Shown in pieces: positions 52,221 to 64,000 of a DNA stretch of 64,000 nucleotides. The translations under genes and the position numbers were made by a program. Origin of the DNA: Bugula neritina (lineage: Eukaryota > Animalia > Bryozoa); the NCBI GenBank assembly GCA_964035545.1, contig OZ037768.1, positions 22,973,319 through 23,037,318 of the forward strand, given 5' to 3'. Below the pieces are notes generated by a model. That model was not told the DNA's origin and ran no database searches. It worked only from the letters and a program-made list of their open reading frames with translations. Within the stretch, counting starts at the first letter, position 1; each line of letters starts with the position of its first letter.

Positions 52221-53222
52221 GGTTTCTTCCCAGTTACTGTTAGACACTAGGCTAAATTTCCCATTTGGACGCTTCCCAGTTAGACGCTATTTTTTATTTT
52301 GGTGCCATATAATTACATAGTAATATACCTATATATTGTTATAGTTTTATGCACTATCCTGGGTATTGTTTATTGTGTACTCAAATAGTTACTGCATATC
52401 CACTGTGAGGTTATGTAAAGAACCGAACCAGTTGATTGTTTAAAGAGAGAACTGTATTAGTGTTGAATTATATACGAGGAAAAATCATAGAGAATTACGA
52501 AATAGAAAAGAGAATATTGTAAGTAGCTATTGTAGCTATTGTAAGTAGCTATTGCTTAAGTTGACCTGTCTACTTAATAACTATCATCTAGACTGGCATG
52601 GGCACCGGAAGGCATTGTTTATATATGGGGGGTTGATCCTGATTGGCTAAGATAAGGTTCTGGCGGTGTCACGGTAGAGAGTAATGAGGTGATTGCGGCG
52701 TGACTAGCAGAGTTGTCGTCCTTGAGACTTTAGTTGCACCATAATATACTGTAAATGTTTGGGGGGAGTATACCCCTCAGTAGAGGGGTATACTCCCCCC
52801 AAACATCACAATTTACCTATATAGCTGTTGCATTGATTGCTAAATAGTTAAAGTGCTAATAGCTATAACAGCTAACTGCTAACATGAATTATCTAGAATA
52901 ATATTCTAATTTTCATAGATTTGTGTGGAACAAAAAAAAAACAGTAATATATTAATAATAAACAATATCTTTAATTACTGAATACGTTCATTAACGAAAT
53001 ATCTGTTCAAACAAGAAGCAAAAAATATGTAAAATTATTATGTTAATGCAGATCAAAAAAAATTTATTTTTGTGCTCAATACCGGCTTTATTTAAATATA
53101 CATATATTTAAATAATAATCAAATAAATTGTACATAAAATATATATTGTACCAATATAAATAAATAGTGTCTAAGTGGGAAATTTAGCCTAGTGTCTAAC
53201 TGCGTCTATCTGGGATGACACC
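52221..53222. mobile_element. Non-autonomous DNA transposon (MITE-like, 1002 bp) with imperfect TIRs and 8-bp TSD
   Basis: The left end ggtttcttcccagtt..gttagacactaggctaaatttccca matches the reverse complement of the right end (ggtgtcatcccagata..gttagacactaggctaaatttccca). AGTTTGTG flanks both sides (52213-52220 and 53223-53230). No transposase ORF is present. Confidence 0.88.
52755..52806. repeat. Perfect 24-bp inverted repeat with a 4-nt loop inside the TIR element
   Basis: ATGTTTGGGGGGAGTATACCCCTC-agta-GAGGGGTATACTCCCCCCAAACAT. Confidence 0.95.
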
Positions 53223-53702
53223 AGTTTGTGGACTTCAATGAAGGTGTATGTTGATTTTCTTTCCTATAATTATTCATAATTTTGTACTTTTTTGCAATTT
53301 TATTTCACTTTTGAATCATTTTCACATATTTAAGTTTAGTTGCCAGTTGCTAGCTTAGTTGGTGATTGTTTGGTTTACTAAACTTTGGCCGTAGTTTACA
53401 GTTTGAAATTTGTCACTGGTTTAGATGAGGGTGTGAGTAGAGTTACCTCTCACTGTTTGCGTAGTTTAGTAATTTGTGTATTATGTGTAATCAATAAAAT
53501 ATATATATAAAGTCAATAAAGATTAATGGCCAAACCCTGTATGCAGATAACATTATATATGCTGGCATTTAATGTAACTTGTTTTATGTTATGGTTGGGA
53601 GTACGCTTTTAGAAATGGTTGAATAAGTAAATTCATGGACTAAAACTAGGCTGTGTTTTTTTTCTCTTTTGTAAGGCAAGCATGAAAACTTGAACTGCTA
53701 CA

Positions 53703-56115
53703 ATGCGGCAAACAGGAAGTGATGCTGTTGATACTGAGGACTGTGAGATATATAAAAGTGAACACGTGGAATCGACTATAACTGTAAGATATGAAGTTTC
53801 TATACCACGGCATATGAATTCACAAGACACTAAAACAGCAGTAGGCATATCCCAGCTGCCAGTCACAACCAACCGGTGGGAAGGTTCTGTGGGGGACAAA
53901 CCCATAGCAAGAGGGAACTCTCTGGAACATTCTAGAACTCCACCGATACCAATGCCGGCTGGTTTAGAGCCATTGAAGCACCAGTTGGCTGGTCACAGGT
54001 TTTGTGAGGAAGGAAACAAAGAGCTCTACGGTAAGAAGTATTGATGTCTTCAATTTTGTCTCTTGTATAATTAGAGATTGCTCTAGATGTTGTTTCTATG
54101 TTGTGTGGTATATGCTGTTTTAACTATTGATAGCTTTTTATTGAAGTTTTTAAAGCTTAAGTTTAGTTTTTACAGTACAGTTTATGGTACTTCTTCATAG
54201 AAAACTGACTTAACCAAAATATGATGTAGTACTGTTTAAACAAGTAACTTGTTTATAATTATTCTGCTCTTTAGACTGTAAGTGTAAGTACATAATTGTT
54301 CAATTTGTTTATCAAGTTTAATGTTTAACTAGCTTCTTTATGATGTATCAAATTATTAACTTATTATATTTTATTATATTATATAATGCGAAATTTTTTC
54401 GTACTCAATAGCTGTATGCATGCAGGTATAAGCAATGCCGTAATAGCCATTGCTATTAAAGGTACAGTTTGTTAGTACAAACTTTCTCTACATTCCGGTC
54501 ATATATTAACTAGACAGTCAGTAACTGTATACTGTTACATCACTCACTGGTAGCAGATAATGAAAATGTTCCGCTTCATTTCCTTTGACGTCACTGCAGT
54601 GACCCGGGTTTTTAGTTAGTGCAACTCATATATGTCTCTTGGTTTTCCTTTGGAAGTTCAACTTATATCAAAGGCTTGATCGACATTGTATATTCCTAAT
54701 ACAATAAAGGTCGGGATCATTGTGAATACTGAGTGCATCATGTTCGCTATTAGTTATTATAAAATTGTATTATAACAATAAAACAATCAAATAATAATAT
54801 TATTTTGAGCAGCTTTGAAAAATCTTGGCTGTTAATTGTCAAAGACACGCACATAGGGAAATTAGAAGCCCTTTGCAGGCTTATGCTGTTTTGTGTTATC
54901 AAAAAGCTCAGAGTTTACTGATCCTACGGCCTACTTTCAGTATTTTAAATGTTGTGTTCCGCAGAATAACCAAAATGTATTCTGCAGAAAGCCAAAAATG
55001 TAATAAAATATTTTTTGCATCAATTTTACATTCTTATGACACTTTTCCATCCTATATTATGCATAGTATTTTTGTTTATATATTATTTTTACACTATAAA
55101 TTTAGTAAATCTCATGATTTATGCTGATACAAGAAAGTTTTAAGGTAGCATAAGACTCGTATATAAAATGGAACTGTTATACTCTACTCTAAATACATAG
55201 CCTATTTTCCTCATTAGGAATACTGGACTGTAAAGATGGGACAATTCTGAAGCCTGTGATCCTAGACTCGAGGAAGGGCCAGAGGGAGAGGTACTTCTAT
55301 GCACTGCTGGCTGATGACTCATCTCACAGCCCCTACTTCAACTTCAACGTCTGCGACCTTGAACTACTTAGGCAACTCAAAAAGTTCACACCTGTTTACA
55401 AAGGGCTGGTCTCTCTGCCCGAACATCCTGAAGGTAGGTTCAGTGGGACTTAGTCTATTTCATTGACTTCACTATGAATTCTTAAGCGTTAAATTTGATC
55501 TATTTGTTAAGGCAATTGTTTTAGAGTTTCGGTTTAAAGGACTTCTTATGCTATTATTATCTGGTAGAACCCAACATTTACCACATTAGAATGTGTGGCT
55601 CACAAATATTTCTTGCAATTGAAAATTTCAGAGTATTGGCATGTCTTTTTTGTATATTGATTGATCTAGCTTTTACATTTTCTTTCTCTTTACATGAAAC
55701 AATCTTTATACTTTCTAACTCCAACCTAGCTGGTTTTTATAGTTTAGAACTGAAGCTAAGTTTTAATAATTGGGATGTGTATAGGTAACTTTGCATCTGT
55801 AATCTGAAATGTTATTTATTTAGCAGTTTTGTGAAGCTTGTTTTTTTTAAAATGATTTTTAGATATTGAATTATTCATAATACTGAGCAGGTCAAACAGA
55901 CACACAGTTTTAGCTAGAGTTTTTATATCCATACTCTATTCTGCTGTATACCCTCCCTAGACTGAACTACGTGGGTGACACCTAAGGCTACTTGTGTTGA
56001 CACGCATCCTGTTTTTTATCTAGTGTCATATTTATGAAATTTTATTCAAGTTATTGGATTTCTTGTTTAAACAGGATGTGGGTAGATTAGGGAGGCTAGC
56101 AATTACCTACTACTG

Positions 56116-56159
<44 letters not shown>

Positions 56160-56196
56160 ACTACTGCTAGTACTACTACTACTAGTACTACTACTG

Positions 56197-56231
<35 letters not shown>

Positions 56232-58457
56232 GCTGCTGCTGCTAATAGTGTGTCTTTGGGGAAAGGGGGTTGAAAAACCAGGTTGACACAAAACTGCAAT
56301 GTTTTGGGAACTATACTAATATACTACATAGTATACTAGTATACTATACTATAGTATAGTATAGTATAGTATACTATACTATAGTATACTATACTATAGT
56401 ATACTATAGTATAGTATACTGTAAGTATAAGCTCAAAGAAATTCTATTGTTTGAACTTGACAGCAAAAAGGGTGTTTCTAATTTGTATCACAGAGACCTG
56501 TCAACCCATCAGCAAGCTGTACTAGTCTAGGGGTGGTACAGCTGTTGAGAGTAAAGTACTGAAGTCTAGCATGTTGTTCTAATTTCATTATAGTGATATA
56601 CATAAAGATGGTGAACGTTTGCTCGACCTTCATACGACCTCATCTCATAGACATCAAGATTGGAGCCAAATGTTGGGAGCCGGCAGCTTCTCCAGAGAAG
56701 ATCAAGAGACAGAAGCAGCGCTGCCCTCACCTGGATGAAATATGCTTTCAGGTTTTGGGTGCCAAGGTACGGTGTCTACTCTGTAGTCCATAGTGTACAG
56801 GTGACCCACTTAATGGGGGAGGTATGGTTAGATGCAGCACAAAGTTTAGGATTACTGAGTGTATTGTTTGTATATGCATTCTTCGACCGCCCAACTATTG
56901 CACTTTGTGACTACAAACTTTGTGCTGCATCTATCGATTTTCTAATGGTAGTTTTATAATATGTACTTGAAAGTCAAGTGCAGTAGTTATGTTTCCAGGT
57001 CGATTGAACTCCACTGATGCTTCATTCATTATAATAGCCTGGGAAACGCCAGAAGTTATTGACTGTGAATAGTGTGAATGACCTTGAATGAAAGTTGAAC
57101 TTGTGTTGCTATGATATTATCATTCTAATAACTATAATGAGCATATTATTTGACGAGTTATGCTCAGGTAACAGTGCTTTAAGTATAATGGACTTTATTG
57201 CGAAACAATATCCCATCTGTTTGATGCCCTCTTGTGATATTTCAGCCTATTTGATTGGGCATACAACTCCAGTAATTTAAATGGTTTTGTGAAACTCATT
57301 TCAAATGTTGAATTATTAATTCAAAGCAAATGCACATTTAAATCAATAATCCTCTAGGTAACAGTGGGTGTAGCTTTATAGATTGTGATATGCAGTAACA
57401 CTATTATAATCTCATTTCAACTACTGTATTATAGCACCAAGACAGCATACGTGCACTAATAAAGCTGCTGGAAAGAGCAAGCTGTGTTTTGTTAGCTTGT
57501 AACAAGCCTCTATTTAGACACTGGACTATTTAGCTTTCTATTCTCCTTATTTTATAGTATTACGATGCTCAAACTGGACAAGCAGTTGTTAGACGAGATC
57601 TTAGGAAATGCACTCCACACGAATTACTTCACAAGGGTTGGTAGCTTCTCACATTATCTGAATACAATTAATATTAGTTTAGGCCTATGGATGCACTTAT
57701 TATATGAGTATATAATATATAATGTAATTAAGTTGATTGTGTGTGTTTTGAACTAATTTTCTTTTACTGACACCTGCTGACATAATTAATAACAGTCATA
57801 GTGACAGCCTCCTATTGTGACACATGTTCTATGTACACAAATGGGAATTGTTTTCTCTCTAAATGCTGTACTTTTATACTTGAGTGTAATTTATTGTTTA
57901 ATCTCATTATTATTAAAGTTTTGGTATCATAATACAAAGTGTTGACCCAGCTTTTGTCATGTGACCTTTGACCTGATAGTTACTGTATTTTCAATATCAT
58001 ACTGCAAATAGCTGGTCAGATTTTGTGACCTTTGAGGTTGCAATATGGTAGTATTTAGTATATTCCAAGTTAACTTCTGTTTTATGCTGTTTCAGGGCTT
58101 CACGCTATATTCAATATCCTCCCTCCCAATGCTAAAGAATCCATCACACAGTTCATCATGGATGACTTGCAGGAAATAGCCCGTTGGTTTGGCTCTCAGT
58201 CTATTCTCTCGTTTCATGGCTCCAGTGTGTTGATTGTGTTTGAAGGAGATAAGGCAACTCTCGATTCTAATGTGGAGACAAATCATAACCGCCATCCGTC
58301 TATGCTGCAGGTTAAGATGATTGACTTTGCGCACGTGTTTCAGACTACAGCTTCTGATGACAATTACTTGGAAGGACTGAATAGTCTGATTTCCTACTTC
58401 CAGTCTCTCTCCCACATATTTCGCTCAACTTCACCAGTCCCAGACAACGCTAGCTAG
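53703..58457 (+). CDS. IPMK: Inositol polyphosphate multikinase
   Basis: Exons 53703-54030, 55218-55433, 56594-56766, 57558-57636 and 58096-58457. Motifs HQLAGH, ILKP..RGQRE..FY, PHLIDIKIG (PxxxDxKxG), SSVLIVFEG and VKMIDFAH are present. Confidence 0.92.
56107..56243. repeat. Compound (CTA)n/(CTG)n trinucleotide microsatellite in an IPMK intron
   Basis: Directly visible. It gives spurious poly-Ser and poly-Val/Ala ORFs. Confidence 0.97.
56311..56420. repeat. Self-complementary (TATAG)/(TACTA) pentamer repeat in an IPMK intron
   Basis: Runs of agtat and atact in both orientations. Confidence 0.85.
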
Positions 58458-59800
58458 ACTATCCAGTTGATCTGTTACACACTTCAATTCTTCTATTAAA
58501 CCGTTATTTATATTAATATTTTAGTTTAATGAAATAGGCGTATATATTTTTTATTTTACTGATTTTGAGTCGACTTATATTTATTTTACTTTAAATGTTT
58601 TTATTTTTATTGTCTATTTTCAATCCATTAGCTAGTTGAACTGTAGACTTAGATTCATACTGATTAGAGTACATTTTGGCATCGTGTTTGTGATCACACA
58701 CTAAAAAGTTTTTCAATTTTTTCATACCTGGGGCTAATTTTACAAACTCCATATAATGAGTGACAGAAAGTTGTACTAAAAGCAAAGCAATCAATTTTTA
58801 TGCTATGGTATTCACTCTGAGTAGTAACCAACATGCTTTCACTGCAGCTATTACTCAGTCATTAATCATGGTAATTTGCTATTTTACAGTAATGCACACA
58901 TCAAACAATAGTTATATTTCTATATGTAATGCACCTTAAATATTTATTTATTTGTTAATTTATATGCTTCCTGCTCATCTACATTTTTACTATAGAAATG
59001 AAGTCATGTGACTAGGACATGAATAGTAAAATTTCGTTTGTCAAGTCATGTTTTAATGCAGGCTTCTTTATTGTCTATCAATTTTAGCCAAATAGTGTAC
59101 TTTGACTGTTAAACTACAGTATAGATGTGATTGTATTCTTCCTTTTACTGTGTAATGATTACTGCTGGTTTCCATCTCTTTCTAATTTAAACAGACTGTT
59201 TTTATGCAAGCAATTATATCATTCATTTTATTAAACTGAAATCATGTTTACTACTTTTAAAATTAAAATCACAATAAACTTTTAAAAATATCTAAACTAT
59301 TTTACAATGTCAACTATCATTATGAAGATAACATACAGCGAACTGTAGGGCATGCAAATCAGTGGTTTTCAACTCTTAAATACTGTAGTATAACACATAG
59401 GAGACTTTCTAGCGGAGTTAGTTAAGCTAGTAAAACTTGCTATTGGCTTATTTAGCAACTTTCTTGAAATTCATAACAGCTGAAACTTGTAATATGGACA
59501 CTACAAAAATTGTTTGGGATATGCCTTAGATCAGGTGGGGGTCAGGAAAACCCTGTTTGCAAAAAGATACCCCCAAGGGGTAGAGTTGAAGCACCTGAGT
59601 TGATAACCACGGACTCAAATGAGAAATTCCTAATCTTAACAATAAATTCAATATGACTTTCCTGTTTCTATTTTAAAAAAAACTTTCAAAATGACAGTTG
59701 ACGTATATGGCAGACTTGAGCTCTATAGCTAAACTATTGCTTGTGCTAAGCATACATAAAAGTTACCAATGTCCTCTAAGTTGCACCACTGCAAAAACTT

Positions 59801-62800
59801 TTATGGAACAGCAACCTGTTCGCCTTTCTTCCTAGGTTCACATTTGCAAGTCTCAATTCTTTCCATCTAAAACATGACGCATGTGATGACGTGTATGAAT
59901 TTACAACAGGAACTCAAGTAATAATCTAAACTCTAAATATGTGCATAGTAAAATTCATAATAAACTTGAAAAAAAGCCGAAAATCCAACAATATTTTCAT
60001 CTTGGAATAAATTGAATTAAATTTTTTTGTGTTTAATAGAAAAGTGATATAAGCTAAACATGCAATGTCATCTCATTGTGTCATTTGAATTTAAAACAGT
60101 AAGTGTGTAAGCTGTAACACTGTAATGGTAAAGGTAACATACCTCAATAGTCTTGAATAAACCGTCTTCTTTACAGTTGGTTACAACAGAAATTGTAGAG
60201 TTCTTATCTGGTATACAGCACTCTCCAATATCGTCTCCACAGCTGCCTTGACATAGCCTTAAATCCACATGATATTTGCTCTGACAGTTACCCTGGGTAA
60301 CTCTCTCAAACACAGGTATTGGGTGACACTCTGTCGGCTTCACAGATCCGTCTGCAACACAGTCAACTTTCTGTACGTATGGAGAGTCACTCTGACTCAC
60401 ACTGATCACTCATACTCAACAGTTAAAGTGGTTTATTCAGTTTTAGCAACTGTGAAATATTTACAGCAAGCAGTAATTTAGAATCAGATGCACAAAATAA
60501 TTATTTTTAAAACAGCTATGCCTGCATGCAGTGCATGCAGGCATATGAGTCAGGCATACAAGACCCCTTGTATACAGTTAATGCAGACGTGTGTATGCAG
60601 ACGTATGTATGCAGACGTATGTACCGTGACAGGAGCCGTCGTGTAGCACTGTGTAAGGTAAGTCGTACAGACAAGCTATTCTCTTAAGTTGACACAGGTT
60701 GTAGAAAGTAGATGGATTCTCTCGATAGAGAAGTCCGCAGATCTCCTTTTTATCCTGTCCCTTGCATCTCCTAGGACATTCGCACTCCTTCTGACCCAAA
60801 CTACCCAGAATGCACTCTGCACCTGGTCTTGGGCAATGGTAGTCTTCGCACAAACCTAGAAATAAATGATATCAAAGTTATCTTAAATCTTGCCAACTTT
60901 TGAAACAATTCGCTTTTTTGAGACTGGAGGTTAGAAAGCTAAAAAGTACTCACTGCCGGGGCATGGAGTCATGTAGCAGGCTTCAAACTGCTCGAGAACG
61001 GGACATCTGTTTCCTTCACTTGGCTGAGTTTTAATTGCCCGAGTTCTTCGTTTTACACCCTCACCGCAAGAAACGCTGCATGCCTCGAACTTTGTCCATT
61101 CGGTCACTTCACATTCTACAAGTTGAAGCCGAAGCCTTACTAACCCCAATTAACTAAATCCATTACACACACTAAAAATTTTACAAAACAGATTTTTAAA
61201 GCTAATTGCTGATTAACTTCACATTTACAATAACTTTCCTATTTTACAAGAAATTAAAAGTCCTCAATCCAACAACACAAAGTAAATAAATGGAGTTGCT
61301 ACTGATATACTTTTATTTGAGATGCTCATAATATTGTACTCTATTAGTACTCAGTACTCTACTAGTTATTCAGTACTCTTCCTACTAGTTACTCAGTACT
61401 CTAGCTACTAGTTACTCAGTACTCTAGCTACTAGTTACTCAGTAATCTACTAGTCACTCAGTACTCTAGCTACTAGTACTCAGTACTCTACTAGTTATTC
61501 ACTACTCTTCCTACTAGTTACTCAGTAATCTAGCTACTAGTCACTCAGTACTCTACTGGTACTCAGTACTCTACTAGTACTCAGTACTCTACTAGTACTC
61601 TGTTCTTTACCTTGAACACACGGCCCATCGGTAAACTTTACATCTGAATATTTCTGTTTGCAGGCGTGAGTCAGCAGGGCACACAGTGAGGTAAAAGTGC
61701 TGCCACTCGCGGTGCATACAGACCCAGAGTTAGACTCCAGATCCTGAGCGCAATCAGGGCAGCGACAGGTGGGCCCTTCCTCGTCATCGTAACAGACCTC
61801 ATAGCTAGCACAGCTCACGGTGTCACATGTTTCTGCAACCCGTAAGTTCGTTTATTGAATGCAGTCCATAGCCATCACCATTCAAACCAATAATATCAAA
61901 CGGGCAAATTTTCAAAATAAATTTATTTCATCAAACTACGGCTTTTATTTTGAATGCATAAATGTTTTAATAAAGTCTGATGCAAAGGTCTTCTAATGGC
62001 TAGCATTTTTACATTACACACAGTTGAGATAAACTCAATTTGTACTGCAAAGAGCTATGCATTATATTATGTTTCGTGAACACAGAAAAAGGAGGGAAAA
62101 GCATTATTTAGGTGCTATAGATAATGCTGATACAGTCAATTTATATTAAATTGAATGAGTAATGCCTAAGCTTTGTGATGACGCAAAAAGGTGATGAATA
62201 ACAGAAGTCTTTCAAAATTTTCATTGTAACTCAAATTCAAACAGAATAACTTTGATATTCACCTAATGACATAACCATGAATTCACACTTTAGTTCACTT
62301 GATAGCATTATGCTATCAAGAATGATGGAAAAATCATTGCAATTGATGTTCAATATTGAAGATATGTATTCTGTTTATTATCACTGCAACCACTGCACAT
62401 AAAATAATGGTTAGTGTGAAAGTGCCATAGAGCCTCAGTACCATGAATTCCTACCATGGGATAGCCCCTTACCCTGACACTCTCCCCAGTAGGCAAGCTC
62501 CAAGTCTAACTCTGGATTCTCACATCGGGTCACGTCAAACTCGCTGAAAGAATTGTACGTCTGCTTGTTATTTGCGCAGACTGGCTGAGAAGCCTGGCAG
62601 AAGTCACCTTGACACTTGCATCGACATTCGGGGACAGGAAGTCCTTCTGCCGAGATCGCCACGTGACAAGTATGGCGTTCATTCGGACACTCGGCTGGCA
62701 TGCAAACAACTAGAGGCGAAACAAAATGATCCTTAACCCATTTACACATACAAATGCTGATAGTATGACGTCTGGTAGAGAAGTATATGTAGAGATCTTC

Positions 62801-64000
62801 CCACTTGACTTACACAAAACACTTACGCTCACAGTGGAAGCCGTTTCCTCGGAAACCCTCATTACAAGTACATCTATAACCGCCTTCAGTGTTGGTACAT
62901 TTAGCATTCTCATCACAACTTTGCCCATCCTCGCATTCGTCAATATCTAAAAACACAGGCTAATACTTAGCATATTTCCACACAGACAGCAGAATTCATG
63001 CGGAAGAGTAAAAATGTAGTAATAGTTTCAAAGTATTTAAAAATAAAGTTATGGTACAATTATTACCATTGCTAAGACATATCAATCTAAATATTTTAAC
63101 TGTACAACAAGTAGCTAACTAATAGTAACAAACCATCACAGGTCTGTGCTATTCCATTCCACTTGTAACCACGGTTACACAAGCAATGATGTGTTCCTCT
63201 CTGGTTGACACACCTGGAGTTATCCCCACAAGCATTTTCTATTTCTATGCACTCGTTTATATCTACAATGCAGACATATCCGCGCATCAGTAAGAAACAA
63301 GATGGCTACCTACTATTAAATATGGCAGTTAAACAAAAACAGTTAGAATTTTATTAACTCCCTCACCTATACAATGAGTGTTGTTGTACTTGTAGCCACT
63401 CAGGCATTCACATTTATATGTACCAGCGGTGTTAACACACTTGGCAGAGCGAGGACACGGGGAGGGCCCTTCGAGGCACTCGTCCACATCTACAAGAAAC
63501 AATGCACTCAGTCTATGCTAAGGCAAAGTAAAAAGGCTATAATCATATTCAACTCAAATGAATTAAGTGCCAAAGATTGTAAAAAACCGCTAGAACTGTG
63601 GAAAAGCAAAAAAAATGGTTAAATTATTAGAAGTTGGCAAGAACCATGTTTACTGTTATTGTGACCAGATAATATTTACCTGCACAACTTTTGCCTGACC
63701 CAACATATCCCTCTCTGCACTCGCACCTATAAGCTCCATCTAGATCAATACACTCGGCGTTATCATGGCACAAGTGAAGGCTCGGCTTTTCACACTCATT
63801 GATATTAACACAACTATTTTCTTTCTGCAAGTAAAAAAAAGTTTAAAGAAATTGAGATGTAGATTTGACAAATTAATCAATTAGCAAACTGTGCACTAGT
63901 TTCAATAATAAATTCATATTTAAGACTTGACAATGACTAAATATCACTATTAAAAGTCTCAACAGCAGACCCACCTTCTTATAACCTGCTTTACAAACAC
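59801..64000 (-). CDS. 3' portion of an extracellular mosaic protein: at least 5 EGF modules (cbEGF type), 2 follistatin/Kazal, TSP1, follistatin/Kazal, C-terminal cystine knot (5' end outside window)
   Basis: Exons (-): beyond 64000-63975, 63824-63680, 63489-63367, 63262-63134, 62946-62827 (NINEC, DVDEC, DINEC, DIDEC starts), 62709-62473 and 61832-61611 ([23 protein letters not shown]), 61115-60954 ([20 protein letters not shown]), 60855-60625, 60351-60143 and 59866-59801 (CQGSC..CC.P..C..CKC). Introns between modules are mostly phase 1. Confidence 0.9.
61335..61600. repeat. 18-22-bp degenerate minisatellite (TAGTACTCAGTACTCTAC)n next to a splice donor
   Basis: Tandem units begin about 10 bp from the minus-strand donor at 61610. 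Confidence 0.9.

Noticed and set aside
56096-56299. Poly-Ala/Val and poly-Ser ORFs
   Set aside because: Trinucleotide microsatellite.
59801-64000. Naming the last gene agrin or fibrillin
   Set aside because: No laminin-G, SEA or TB domains are visible, and the TSP1 plus cystine-knot ending fits neither.

Overview
AT-rich, gene-dense, intron-containing animal genomic DNA with GT-AG introns. It looks like a compact invertebrate genome, possibly lophotrochozoan, but the taxon cannot be fixed from the sequence. Splicing exons by hand gives nine protein-coding genes. In order: PNPO (+), IFT27 (-), LIG1 (+) with a complete collagen/C1q-domain gene nested antisense in one intron, ARMC4/ODAD2 (-), a FADS2-type front-end desaturase (+), SEC61B (-), IPMK (+), and the 3' part of an extracellular cbEGF/follistatin-Kazal/TSP1/cystine-knot protein (-). 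The genes alternate as head-to-head and tail-to-tail pairs. Most ORFs in the supplied track are exon-plus-intron read-throughs or satellite artefacts. The most unusual observations are: (1) a 20-bp intronic minisatellite made of RFX X-boxes between two ciliary genes; (2) many different minisatellites anchored at splice sites, some duplicating the splice site itself; (3) extra exon-like elements in the middle of ARMC4 that could split it into N-terminal-only and ARM-only products; (4) a remodelled LIG1 N-terminus with two PIP boxes, SPxKK heptads and an altered histone-mimic motif; (5) a duplicated IFT27 first coding exon; (6) a 1-kb TIR element with an 8-bp TSD. All exon coordinates were read by eye and need RNA-seq confirmation.
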